Origin: Syntrophales bacterium | GTDB lineage: Bacteria > Desulfobacterota > Syntrophia > Syntrophales > UBA2210 | Direction of reading: 5' to 3' | NCBI GenBank assembly: GCA_023230565.1 | Contig: JALNXD010000001.1 | Span: 1,075 to 65,074 of the forward strand | DNA length: 64,000 nucleotides | Part shown: piece by piece, positions 30,419-40,240 of the stretch | Position numbering within the stretch: the first letter of the stretch is position 1 | Layout: every line of letters starts with the position of its first letter | The notes under the pieces: generated by a model | What the model saw: only the letters and a program-made list of their open reading frames with translations | Told to the model about the DNA's origin: nothing | Database searches by the model: none | Translations under genes and position numbers: made by a program

Positions 30419-33400
30419 GTGGACCCGGTTATTTTTTCAATTAAGGAACCCGTTAAAGTAGCCGTAATTGTTCTCGTAATAGTGCTCTTCGGCTTTATCG
30501 GCCTTTTAAAAATGCCCTATCAGTTAAGTCCCGACCTTACAGTTCCTCTTATCACTATACGTACCACATGGGACGGGGCTACACCATACGAGGTAGAACG
30601 GGAAATTATCGAAGAACAGGAAAAAGTTTTCAAAGGCATACCCAATCTGGAGGAAATGGAAAGCCAGTCTTCTAATAACAGGGGCTCGGTGACTCTCAAG
30701 TTTAAAATTGGAACAGATATCAATGAAGCCCTTCTGCGAGTATCAAACAAACTAAACGAGGTAAGGTCTTACCCTGCAAATGTAGAACGCCCGGTTATCA
30801 GTGCCACAGGCGAATCGACTTCTCCGGTCATTTGGATGGCACTCATGGCGGAAAAAGAAAATGACAGATCAATATATGAATATAGAACTTTTTTTGAAAA
30901 TGAAATCAGACAGTATCTTGAACGGGTTGATGGCGTCGCCGATCTTTTTGTTGGCGGAGGGACCGAAGAGGAAATGCATGTTACCGTAGATCCTCAAAAA
31001 CTTGCTTCATATAAATTGACAATCGGGGATGTAGCAGGATTATTGTCCAGGGAGAATGTAAATATATCTGCGGGCAATCTCTTTATTGGCAGAAGAGATT
31101 TCAGAATAAGGACCGTATCGGAATTTCAATCGGCTGAAGAGCTTGAAAAACTTGTTATAATGTCCACAGGACAAAAACGCATATTTCTTTCCGATATTGC
31201 TGAAGTGACACCGGGGTTTGAAAAAAGAAGCTGGTCCTATCTTCAGAATGATCAGGAAAGTATCGGTATCGGCATCAGACCTCAATCGGGGGTTAATATT
31301 CTTGAATTAACCGACAGAATGGAAAGGGCAGTAGAGTGGTTAAATACAAATAAGCTAAAATCACAGAAAATACGGTTACATTGGAGTTACGATCAGCGCC
31401 CTTACATAAAAAGTGCAATTGGGCTAGTGCAGAGCAATATTCTTATCGGCGGGATTCTCGCAGTATTTGTTTTACTCCTCTTCCTGAGGAGCTTCATGTC
31501 CACTCTTGTAGTTGCAACAGCGTTACCCATAAGTGTAATAGGAAGCTTTTTCTTTCTTAATGCATTCGGCCGCACGCTCAATGTAGTGTCGCTTGCGGGA
31601 ATTTCCTTCGCCATCGGCATGCTTCTGGATAGTGCGATTGTAGTTCTTGAAAATATCGACCGTCATAGAAAAATGGGTAAATCAGCCTTCAATGCGACCT
31701 ATGAAGGGACTAAAGAGGTCTGGGGAGCTATTCTTGCTTCTTCGCTTACGACCGTCGCCGTATTCCTTCCGGTAGTTTTTATTGAGGAAGAAGCCGGCCA
31801 GCTATTCAGAGATATAGCGATTGCCGTAACCTGTGCGATTGTTTTAAGTCTCTTCGTCTCGATATCGGTCATTCCCTCATATGCAAACATGCTGTTTTCC
31901 TTAAGAAAAGAACACAACCATAAAAAAAGCAGAATTTCCAGAACAGGCACTTCAATTTCCAACGGGATAATGAAACTGGTTTCCTGCTCCCTTAAAAACA
32001 GGGCAACTCGCCTTTCAACAATTGCTGTTCTGGCAATTTTTTCCATTTTGACGGCATACCTGCTCGCGCCAAAAATGGAATATCTTCCTCAAGGAAACAG
32101 AAACTACATCTACAATCTCCTTGTTCCGCCACCGGGGCTTTCATACGAGGAAAGGCGCGATATAGGTAAAACGATTTTCAAAGAAATCAAGCCGTATATG
32201 AATAAAGAAAGCTATAACGGGCTGCCTGGCATTAAAAATGCTTTCTACACCGGAGCGGACCGGTTTATGTTTTGCGGTGCCATCAGTACCAATGACGAAC
32301 GTGCCGGTGACTTGGTTCCCCTTTTTTCCCGAATTATTAACAGCATACCGGGAGTATTCGGAGTAAGCAGCCAGGGAGGGATATTCCAGAGTCGTCTGGG
32401 GGGAGGAAGAACGATCGACTGTGATATCAGCGGATCGGATATGGAAGGTATTGTAAAAGCCGCTGAGGCTCTTTTCGATATTATCAAGGAAAAAATTCCG
32501 GATTGTCAGATCAGACCAAAACCTTCAATCGAAATTCTTTATCCGGAGGTAAATATCATCCCCGATAGGGACCGTCTGAGAGCATCGGGAATGAATGCAG
32601 GTGATTTGGGCATTTCTCTCGATGTTCTTCTCGATGGCCGTAAAATAAGCGAGTTCAAAAAAGAGGGACAAAAAAAAATCGATCTCGTTTTGCGTGCTTC
32701 AGAAAAAAGGTTCGAGACTCCCGAACAACTCTATGATGCCCTTATTTCGACACCGCAAGGGAAAATTGTTCCTGTCTATCAGCTCGCTGATATTGAGAAA
32801 ACGACTGGAGTTACTGAAATACGGCATCTGGAGAGGCAACGCACAATTACATTGCAAGTAACGCCACCGAAAACGACATCATTGGAAGAAGCCATGGATC
32901 GCATAAACAAGGCTGCCGTCCCTCAGGCCAGGTCGGAAGGATTACTCGATGGAATCGATGTAACCATGAGTGGCGAAGCAGACAAGCTGACTCAGACAAG
33001 AAGGGCCCTTCAGTGGGATTTTCTGCTGGCTGCCGCAATAATCTATCTTCTCATGGCAGGACTTTTCAGCAATTTCCTTTATCCTCTCATCATCCTTTTT
33101 ACTCTGCCTCTGGCTGCTGCGGGAGGTTTGATAGGACTCCGCCTTGTCAACCTTCTCATCCTTCCTCAGCCCCTCGATATATTGACAATGCTCGGCTTTG
33201 TCATTTTGATAGGAGTGGTGGTTAATAACGCGATACTTATCGTCTATCAGTCACTCAATAATGTAAGGACCGGAAACATGGACTATCGCGATGCGATACT
33301 CGAAGCAACAAGAACCCGGCTGAGGCCCATCTATATGAGCACCTTTACCAGTATTTTCGGTATGCTTCCTCTTGTAGTGCTGCCCGGAGCAGGGTCCGAA

Positions 33401-33532
33401 ATATACAGAGGGCTTGGAAGCGTGATTCTCGGAGGTCTTGCAATCTCTTCCATTTTCGTGATATTCATCATTCCTTCATTACTTATGTTTCTCATAAAAA
33501 AAGAAAGGTTCAAGGAGAATAAGAGCGCATGA
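30419..33532 (+). CDS. Second RND efflux permease (AcrB/AcrD/AcrF superfamily, divergent from the first)
   Basis: 1037 aa. GTG start 2 nt after the adaptor stop. GMLLDSAIVVLENIDRH and the 12-TM RND architecture. Confidence 0.9.
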   Translation: MDPVIFSIKEPVKVAVIVLVIVLFGFIGLLKMPYQLSPDLTVPLITIRTTWDGATPYEVEREIIEEQEKVFKGIPNLEEMESQSSNNRGSVTLKFKIGTDINEALLRVSNKLNEVRSYPANVERPVISATGESTSPVIWMALMAEKENDRSIYEYRTFFENEIRQYLERVDGVADLFVGGGTEEEMHVTVDPQKLASYKLTIGDVAGLLSRENVNISAGNLFIGRRDFRIRTVSEFQSAEELEKLVIMSTGQKRIFLSDIAEVTPGFEKRSWSYLQNDQESIGIGIRPQSGVNILELTDRMERAVEWLNTNKLKSQKIRLHWSYDQRPYIKSAIGLVQSNILIGGILAVFVLLLFLRSFMSTLVVATALPISVIGSFFFLNAFGRTLNVVSLAGISFAIGMLLDSAIVVLENIDRHRKMGKSAFNATYEGTKEVWGAILASSLTTVAVFLPVVFIEEEAGQLFRDIAIAVTCAIVLSLFVSISVIPSYANMLFSLRKEHNHKKSRISRTGTSISNGIMKLVSCSLKNRATRLSTIAVLAIFSILTAYLLAPKMEYLPQGNRNYIYNLLVPPPGLSYEERRDIGKTIFKEIKPYMNKESYNGLPGIKNAFYTGADRFMFCGAISTNDERAGDLVPLFSRIINSIPGVFGVSSQGGIFQSRLGGGRTIDCDISGSDMEGIVKAAEALFDIIKEKIPDCQIRPKPSIEILYPEVNIIPDRDRLRASGMNAGDLGISLDVLLDGRKISEFKKEGQKKIDLVLRASEKRFETPEQLYDALISTPQGKIVPVYQLADIEKTTGVTEIRHLERQRTITLQVTPPKTTSLEEAMDRINKAAVPQARSEGLLDGIDVTMSGEADKLTQTRRALQWDFLLAAAIIYLLMAGLFSNFLYPLIILFTLPLAAAGGLIGLRLVNLLILPQPLDILTMLGFVILIGVVVNNAILIVYQSLNNVRTGNMDYRDAILEATRTRLRPIYMSTFTSIFGMLPLVVLPGAGSEIYRGLGSVILGGLAISSIFVIFIIPSLLMFLIKKERFKENKSA

Positions 33533-34494
33533 ATATAAAAGAAGTAATTCTCGAAAATCTCAATATCGCATCGTATATCGAAGAAAAAGTGAATGAGATT
33601 GCTTCAGCCGTTGGCGAAGGCTCTGCTGTCAACGCATTATCGGGAGGCGTCGATTCAGCAGTGGTGACCATGCTCGGCCATAAAGCACTGGGCGATCGCC
33701 TTAAATCTTATTTCATAAACAGCGGGCTGATGAGAGAAGGTGAACCCCGGCAAATCGTTTCCTGGTTTGCGCAACTTGGGGTAACGGTAATTGTAATCGA
33801 TGCTCAAAGCGAATTCTTTGAAGCGCTGAAAGGCAAAACCGACCCCGAAGAAAAACGTGAGGCCATTACGCACACCTTCTACAAAAAAGTATTCGGCAAA
33901 CTCGTAAAAAAGAGCGGGGCAAAATACCTTTTACAGGGAACTAATTTCACTGATATAGAAGAAACAGTTGCAGGAATAAAACGTCAGCATAATATATTGG
34001 AACAATTAGGGATAGATCCGCAGGAGCATTTCGGGTATAAAATATTGGAACCACTTATAGATGTGAGAAAACCGGCTATTCGGCTCATAGGAAAAGCTGC
34101 GGGACTGCAAAAGGAAATTTATTCACGTCCTCCCTTTCCCGGACCGGCCCTTGCTGCTCGTGTCATAGGCGAAGTTACCCCGGAGAAGATCGCGTTGGTG
34201 AGAGCAGCGACGGCTATAGTAGAAAGACACCTTTCAACATCAGGTGCTTTTCAGTACCTGGCACTATTACATGAGGATCGGGTGACGGGTATCAGAAACG
34301 GCAAGAGAGATTTCGGACTGCAGATCGAAATCAGATGCTGGGACAGCGAAGATGCGGTCACGGCATCACCTACAAGAGTTCCTTATGAAATACTTGAAAA
34401 AATGGCAAGCGAAATAACTTCGATGATTCCCGGTGTAACCAGCGTCACTTACAATATTACACAGAAACCACCGTCCACGATAGAACCGATATAA
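33529..34494 (+). CDS. Stand-alone GMP-synthase-like ATP pyrophosphatase (PP-loop; GuaA C-terminal / archaeal subunit-B type), no glutamine amidotransferase domain
   Basis: PP-loop ALSGGVDSAVV, KRQHN motif, PFPGPALAARVIGEV, and a C-terminal dimerisation tail KPPSTIEPI (compare GuaA KPPATIEWE). Collinear with the ATP-PPase half of GuaA. The ATG overlaps the RND2 stop (ATGA at 33529-33532). Confidence 0.7.
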   Translation: MNIKEVILENLNIASYIEEKVNEIASAVGEGSAVNALSGGVDSAVVTMLGHKALGDRLKSYFINSGLMREGEPRQIVSWFAQLGVTVIVIDAQSEFFEALKGKTDPEEKREAITHTFYKKVFGKLVKKSGAKYLLQGTNFTDIEETVAGIKRQHNILEQLGIDPQEHFGYKILEPLIDVRKPAIRLIGKAAGLQKEIYSRPPFPGPALAARVIGEVTPEKIALVRAATAIVERHLSTSGAFQYLALLHEDRVTGIRNGKRDFGLQIEIRCWDSEDAVTASPTRVPYEILEKMASEITSMIPGVTSVTYNITQKPPSTIEPI

Positions 34495-34605
34495 AGGTTC
34501 GGTATTCTAAAGTTTTACGTTCTTTTTCCTTACTCAGTATGTACTCTCTAACAGAAGCAGAATACGCAGCTTCATGATACGGCAATTCGTCCAGGAGGCG
34601 CAGCA

Positions 34606-35193
34606 ATGGTGAAAGAAACACCAATGATACTGCAGGATACAACGGCAAATCCTGCCCCATTAGGATTAATGGGATTCGGAATGACAACGGTTTTGTTGAA
34701 CATTCATAATGCCGGATTTTATGAATTGAACACGATGATTCTCGCTATGGGTATATTTTATGGTGGTATAGCCCAGATTATAGCGGGGATAATGGAATGG
34801 AAAAAAAACAATACATTTGGAACGACGGCATTTACTTCATACGGACTCTTCTGGCTGAGTCTGGTTTTCCTCATCCTTATGCCGAAATTCGGATGGTGGA
34901 ATGGTACGACCGCGGGTGCAATGGCGATCTATCTGTTCATGTGGGGTCTTTTTACAACTTTCATGTTTATCGGAACATTGAAATTGAATAGAGCGCTTCA
35001 ATTTGTATTCCTCACCTTGGCGGTATTATTCTTTCTTCTGGCAATAGGTGATGCAACGGGGAGTTCCGCCGTTACACATCTCGCGGGGTACGAAGGAATC
35101 ATCTGCGGCTTATCGGCATTCTATGCAGCAATGGCACAAGTTTTAAACGAAATTTACGGTAAAACAGTTATGCCGATCGGCCCGGTAAAATAA
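34606..35193 (+). CDS. satP: Acetate/succinate uptake channel, GPR1/FUN34/YaaH (SatP) family
   Basis: Family signature [18 protein letters not shown] and six TM helices. RBS AGGAGG upstream of the ATG. Confidence 0.85.
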   Translation: MVKETPMILQDTTANPAPLGLMGFGMTTVLLNIHNAGFYELNTMILAMGIFYGGIAQIIAGIMEWKKNNTFGTTAFTSYGLFWLSLVFLILMPKFGWWNGTTAGAMAIYLFMWGLFTTFMFIGTLKLNRALQFVFLTLAVLFFLLAIGDATGSSAVTHLAGYEGIICGLSAFYAAMAQVLNEIYGKTVMPIGPVK

Positions 35194-35256
35194 CACACAC
35201 TCAGTTCTATAACGCAGTAAACAGAAGTTGCGTATCTTCTTGCATGGCTGTGGAAA

Positions 35257-35288
35257 ACGGTGCAGTTATGAAACTGCACCGTTTTTTA
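35257..35288 (+). terminator. Rho-independent terminator after satP
   Basis: Perfect 10-bp stem (ACGGTGCAGT at 35257-35266 pairs with ACTGCACCGT at 35273-35282), a 6-nt loop, then TTTTTATT. Confidence 0.7.
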
Positions 35289-35460
35289 TTGGCATGCACT
35301 CTGTAGCCGATATGTTATTCAACTGGTCATTTTCAAGGTTTTATAGTACATTAAATTCAAATAATCTCGGCACAGCGCTTCTGCAGTTTCGTTTTCCAGG
35401 AGAATCAGAAAAAGATGACCGGACTCTACCTGGCCGGATATTGAAGAAAGGAGAACGAAC

Positions 35461-37566
35461 ATGGAGAAGAAAAAAGCTCTCTTTGTCAATCATCTTGAAG
35501 GTGAGTCAAGTCCCTATCTCATTTCCCATCTCCATAATCCTGTCGACTGGTATCCTTGGGGGGAAGAAGCTTTTAAAAAAGCACGGGAGGAAAACAAACC
35601 GGTTTTTCTCTCCGTGGGTTATGCGACATGTCACTGGTGCCATGTCATGGCACGGGAATCTTTTGAAAATCCAGAGGTTGCCAGGCTCATGAATGAAACA
35701 TTCGTTTCAATTAAAGTAGATCGAGAAGAAAGACCTGATATCGATAAAATGTATATGTCGGTATGCCAGCTCATCACAGGAAGCGGCGGATGGCCTCTTA
35801 CAATCGTCATGACACCGAAAGGCGAACCTTTTTTTGCCGCAACGTATATTCCCCGGAAGAGTCGTTTCGGAATGAAAGGTATGCTGGATTTAATTCCCCG
35901 CATCAGAGAAATCTGGGAGAAAGAAAAAGAAGAGGTATCAAGGACTGCTCTTCGAATTATTGAGGCGCTGAAAGAACTCTCTACAAACAAAAATAAGGGC
36001 GCCCTCCCGGAAAATATTTTCAGAGAAGCACTCAATCAGACAAGCCGTATGTACGACAGACAAAGCGGAGGATTCGGAAAGGCTCCCAAATTTCCTGCAC
36101 CTCATATTTTTCTTTTTCTCCTCCGCATCTGGAAAAGAACAAATGATAACGAAGCCCTTCGAATGATTACTCACTCCCTGGTCAAGATGCGGTCAGGAGG
36201 TATTTACGATCAGATCGGTTTCGGTTTCCACCGCTATTCCACTGATACAAATTGGCTTGTTCCTCATTTCGAAAAGATGCTTTATGATCAAGCGCTGCTC
36301 ACATTCACGTATACTGAAGCATATCAGGCAACAAAAAATGAATTTTTTAAAGATACGGCAGAGGAGATTATAGAGTATGTGTTTCGGACACTGACCGATC
36401 AACAGGGAGGATTCTATTCGGCTGAAGATGCGGAGAGCGAAGGAGTAGAAGGAAAGTTTTACGTATGGGCAAAGACGGAATTGAAAGAAATTCTGGATGA
36501 GGAGGATTTCGATCTCGCTTGCAACATCTTCAATGTAAAAGAAAAAGGTAATTTTATCAGCGAAGAAAAAATGACAGGTACAAGCATTTTGCATCTTGAC
36601 GAAACACTGGATGTACAAGCGAAGAAACTTCAGATTCCGGAAGAGAAACTCCGTATGCATTTAGAAAATCTGCGACAGAAGCTTTTCCGTAAACGGGAGA
36701 AAAGAATTCATCCTCATAAAGATGACAAAATTCTCCTCGACTGGAATGGCTTGATGATCGCCGCACTTGCAAAAGCCGGTCGGGTTTTTAAGCAGGATGC
36801 GTATGTAAATGCCGCAGAAAAGGCCACCCGGTTTGTTCTTGAAAATATGCAAGACAAAAAGGGACGCCTTCTTCACCGTTATAGAAATGGAAGTTCGGGG
36901 ATAGAAGCTCAGCTCGATGACTATGTTTTTTTTACATGGGGTTTACTGGAACTTTACGAAGCGATTTTTAAAGAAGAATATCTCGCCTTTGCCTGCAGTA
37001 TTACTGATGATCTCATCAATCGTTTCTGGGATGAGCAATTCGGAGGATTTTATTTTACTTCAAAAGACGCGCATGAGCTACTCGTCCGGCAAAAAGATAT
37101 CTATGATGGCGCTTTGCCTTCCGGAAATTCCGTGGCTCTTTTTAATCTAGTCCGCCTGAGCATGCTCACATTTGATTACCGCTATCTGGAAAAGGCTTCG
37201 GAATTGGGCGCCTGTTTTTCGGAAGACATTATGAGGGCACCTTCCGGCAGCTCCTTTTTTCTCGCGGCCTATGATCTTGCCCTGGGCCCTTCGTATGAGA
37301 TTATCGTTTCGGGAAAACGCCGGGCCGGGGATACTGAAGAGATGCTCTTGACACTTGCATCAGAATACCTGCCTCATGTCACCATTTTATTTCACCCCGA
37401 GAATGGGGAAAAATCACATATAAGAAGCATCTCCGAATTCACGAAAAACTTACCTCCTTTTGGTGGCGCAGCAGCCGCATATATCTGCCAAAGCGGAGCT
37501 TGCACACTCCCTGCGACACGCACTGAAGAGATATTAAAAACTCTCGATGCTTCAAGAAAATTATAG
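35461..37566 (+). CDS. Thioredoxin-domain protein (DUF255/YyaL family; thioredoxin fold plus six-hairpin glycosidase-like domain)
   Basis: [38 protein letters not shown] is the DUF255 signature. 701 aa. Confidence 0.85.
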   Translation: MEKKKALFVNHLEGESSPYLISHLHNPVDWYPWGEEAFKKAREENKPVFLSVGYATCHWCHVMARESFENPEVARLMNETFVSIKVDREERPDIDKMYMSVCQLITGSGGWPLTIVMTPKGEPFFAATYIPRKSRFGMKGMLDLIPRIREIWEKEKEEVSRTALRIIEALKELSTNKNKGALPENIFREALNQTSRMYDRQSGGFGKAPKFPAPHIFLFLLRIWKRTNDNEALRMITHSLVKMRSGGIYDQIGFGFHRYSTDTNWLVPHFEKMLYDQALLTFTYTEAYQATKNEFFKDTAEEIIEYVFRTLTDQQGGFYSAEDAESEGVEGKFYVWAKTELKEILDEEDFDLACNIFNVKEKGNFISEEKMTGTSILHLDETLDVQAKKLQIPEEKLRMHLENLRQKLFRKREKRIHPHKDDKILLDWNGLMIAALAKAGRVFKQDAYVNAAEKATRFVLENMQDKKGRLLHRYRNGSSGIEAQLDDYVFFTWGLLELYEAIFKEEYLAFACSITDDLINRFWDEQFGGFYFTSKDAHELLVRQKDIYDGALPSGNSVALFNLVRLSMLTFDYRYLEKASELGACFSEDIMRAPSGSSFFLAAYDLALGPSYEIIVSGKRRAGDTEEMLLTLASEYLPHVTILFHPENGEKSHIRSISEFTKNLPPFGGAAAAYICQSGACTLPATRTEEILKTLDASRKL

Positions 37567-37867
37567 TACAGATCGGCTGCGTCTGCCATTTCGCTGCCCC
37601 GGATTTGCCTTTTAGCACATTTTCTGCTATTTCGGACACTGCAAAGGGAGAAAAACAGCACTTGCTAAAAAAAATCAAGGATCTCAAGAAGCTGCTTGCA
37701 TAAATTGAAATATACCTCTATTCATCGTTTTTAAATTTTCTCAAATGTCGTATAACAGCTGCTGAATCAGTTATAGTATCTTCTGAGAACTATAAAAAAA
37801 CAAATTGACACGGTTATTTTTAGCCGGAAGGTATAAAAGGACACGCATCAGTTAAGGAGTACCCGAA

Positions 37868-38557
37868 ATGTCAAAAGACTTACTGGCTCGTTGCAGCCGC
37901 TGCAACATTCCGGTTAATGAACGCAGCTGCCTTCGTCCCAAGGGAAAAGGGATGGGAGGCTGCCCGACATTAACAAAAACTGATCTGATAAACGAAGCGC
38001 TTTTGGAATATGATCGCCCGGAAATTGCTCAATTCGCAAGGGAAGCATCAATTCAGGAAAGTTCGTGCTACCATGAAAGAGAGAAATCCCCCTATGTAAT
38101 GCATCCGATTAAACCCCGTATACAGGAAATATGTGAATTTGCCGTCAGGATGGGATACCTGCGGCTGGGGTTAGTATATTGCGCCGGACTTGCTATCGAA
38201 GGGAATATGGTAGACAGGATATTGGATGCACAGGGATTCGAAATTGTATCAGTCTGGTGCAAGGCAGGTTCCATTCCTAAAGAGCGCATCGGGTTGAAAG
38301 AAGAAGACAAAGTTTACATTGATCAGTATGAACCTATGTGCAATCCAATTTTGCAAGCCAAAATAGTAAACGATGCAAAGACGCACTTTAATATTTTACT
38401 GGGACTATGCGTAGGCCACGATTCTCTTTTCTTCAAATATGCTGATGCGCCTACAACTGTTCTTGCTGTAAAAGACAGAGTACTGGGGCATAATCCATTG
38501 GGGGCTCTTTACACGAAAGGCAGTTATTATGAACGGCTGCTTCGAAAAGGTTTTTGA
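37868..38557 (+). CDS. DUF1847-like cysteine-rich metal-binding protein
   Basis: N-terminal Cys cluster (CSRCN...C...GGCP) and an LGLCVGHDSLFFKY segment that I associate with DUF1847. Family assignment is from memory only. Confidence 0.45.
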   Translation: MSKDLLARCSRCNIPVNERSCLRPKGKGMGGCPTLTKTDLINEALLEYDRPEIAQFAREASIQESSCYHEREKSPYVMHPIKPRIQEICEFAVRMGYLRLGLVYCAGLAIEGNMVDRILDAQGFEIVSVWCKAGSIPKERIGLKEEDKVYIDQYEPMCNPILQAKIVNDAKTHFNILLGLCVGHDSLFFKYADAPTTVLAVKDRVLGHNPLGALYTKGSYYERLLRKGF

Positions 38558-38654
38558 TTAAAGTACCCGGATGTGATCTGAATGTGAAAATCAGTCTAAT
38601 TTTCAGACATGATAATGCCCTTATCTTAGAATCAAAAAGAAAGGAATTGCACCT

Positions 38655-39188
38655 ATGTTTAAAACTGATACTACTGTTCTTGTCATCATCGATGTTCAGG
38701 AGAAGCTTGCTCTCGCAATGCATGATGCCGCTTCAATGATTCAAAATTTGCAGAAAATCATAAAAGGCGCACATATACTCGGAGTACCTATAATTGCGAC
38801 GCAGCAGATAAATCTCGGTCCTACCCTGCCCGAAATAAAAGATCTTATACCCGAAGCTCCGATAATCGAAAAAAGAAGCTTCAGCTGTTGCGGTGAAGAG
38901 GGGTTTATAGATATCCTCACTCAAATTAACCGCAATCAGATTCTGGTTGCCGGCATCGAGTGCCACATTTGCGTGTATCAGACTGCCTTGGATCTTGTGC
39001 GCCTCGGATATGAAGTGCAGGCTGTAGCCGATTGCATCTCTTCTCGAGCATTAGCGAACCGGAATACAGGCATTGAAAGGATGCAGCGGGAAGGAGTTGA
39101 TGTAACTTCTGTGGAAATGGCGCTTTTCGAGCTTTTGAAGGTAGCTGAAGGCGAAAACATACGGCAGATAAGCAGACTCGTAAAATAA
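38655..39188 (+). CDS. Isochorismatase-family hydrolase
   Basis: TVLVIIDVQEKL at the N-terminus and LVAGIECHICVYQTALDL containing the catalytic Cys. 177 aa. Confidence 0.75.
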   Translation: MFKTDTTVLVIIDVQEKLALAMHDAASMIQNLQKIIKGAHILGVPIIATQQINLGPTLPEIKDLIPEAPIIEKRSFSCCGEEGFIDILTQINRNQILVAGIECHICVYQTALDLVRLGYEVQAVADCISSRALANRNTGIERMQREGVDVTSVEMALFELLKVAEGENIRQISRLVK

Positions 39189-39207
39189 ATTCCTTCCGCA
39201 GAGAATT

Positions 39208-40062
39208 ATGACGTATTTTTGGGTATTTATTGCAATCATCGTCACAATTGCGGCGTTTTTTATCAAGGTGCGCCGCCTTTATGTAGAAAAGAGGCGCAGA
39301 CGAATTCAGTCTGCCCCTTTTCCTGATGCATGGGAGAAGATACTTGCCCGAAATGTTTCCCTTTACCGCAGGGTTCCTCCTATCCTTAAAGAAGGGCTGA
39401 GAAATAATATCAAACTGTTTCTCGCGGAAAAGAGATTTGAAGGATGCGGAGGACTTGCCATCACCGATGAAATCAGACTGACTATTGCAGGGCAGGCGTG
39501 CCTTTTGCAAATGAATAAACCCTTCAAAAATTTTCCAGGTCTTACGGCTATTTTGGTGTACCCCGGCATGTACGTGGTCTCTGGGAAAACTTATATCGGG
39601 GGAGGCGCCTTCCTTGAGGGAGAAGAATTGCGTGCAGGAGAATCATGGACCAGAGGAGTCGTGATTCTTGCGTGGGATCAGGTAAAAAAAGAATCATTCA
39701 GGAGCATTGGGTCAAAAAATGTAGTCTTGCATGAGTTCGCTCATCAACTTGATCAGGAAGACGGTATTGCAAACGGAGCCCCTATCTTGTCAACCCGATT
39801 CCTTTATAAATCATGGGCCGCCACATTTGAAAAAGAATACCGGAAATTAATAAAAGAAACAGCTCTTCAAAGAGAATATCTCTTCAATGAATACGGCGCC
39901 TCGAATCCGGCCGAATTTTTTGCTGTTGCTACAGAGACCTTCTATAAGAAACCTCTCGAGATGAAAGCTGGAGCCCCTTCTCTTTACAAAGAATTAAAAG
40001 AATACTATTGTGTCGATCCCGCAGTATGGACTGAACCGGAAAATGGAAGCGAACAGATGTAA
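39208..40062 (+). CDS. Membrane-anchored zinc peptidase, MtfA (M90)-like
   Basis: N-terminal TM helix, then the MtfA-like core with the HEFAHQLD zinc motif and NPAEFFAVATE. Confidence 0.65.
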   Translation: MTYFWVFIAIIVTIAAFFIKVRRLYVEKRRRRIQSAPFPDAWEKILARNVSLYRRVPPILKEGLRNNIKLFLAEKRFEGCGGLAITDEIRLTIAGQACLLQMNKPFKNFPGLTAILVYPGMYVVSGKTYIGGGAFLEGEELRAGESWTRGVVILAWDQVKKESFRSIGSKNVVLHEFAHQLDQEDGIANGAPILSTRFLYKSWAATFEKEYRKLIKETALQREYLFNEYGASNPAEFFAVATETFYKKPLEMKAGAPSLYKELKEYYCVDPAVWTEPENGSEQM

Positions 40063-40180
40063 ATTGCGATTCAGGCGCTGTCGTTTCATTTATGATCGTA
40101 ATATATAATGGATACCTGAAAAGGGCGACTGCAATTTTCCCGAACTGCGATCAGGATATCAAAGCATCCTTTTATAATTG

Positions 40181-40210
40181 GAAAAAGGGGCGTTATACAA
40201 TAACGCCCCT
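40181..40210 (-). terminator. Rho-independent terminator closing the transporter/CoA-transferase operon
   Basis: Perfect 10-bp stem (AGGGGCGTTA at 40186-40195 pairs with TAACGCCCCT at 40201-40210). On the minus strand it is followed by TTTTT (plus-strand AAAAA at 40182-40186). Located 31 nt after the binding-protein stop. Confidence 0.7.
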
Positions 40211-40240
40211 GCACAGATTCGGCAAAGATCATTCTGCCGC

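Noticed and set aside
38926-39510. 194-aa minus-strand ORF
   Set aside because: It is antisense to the isochorismatase and MtfA-like genes and spans their intergenic gap. Its composition is basic and Cys/Arg-rich like other shadow ORFs, and it has no recognisable domain.
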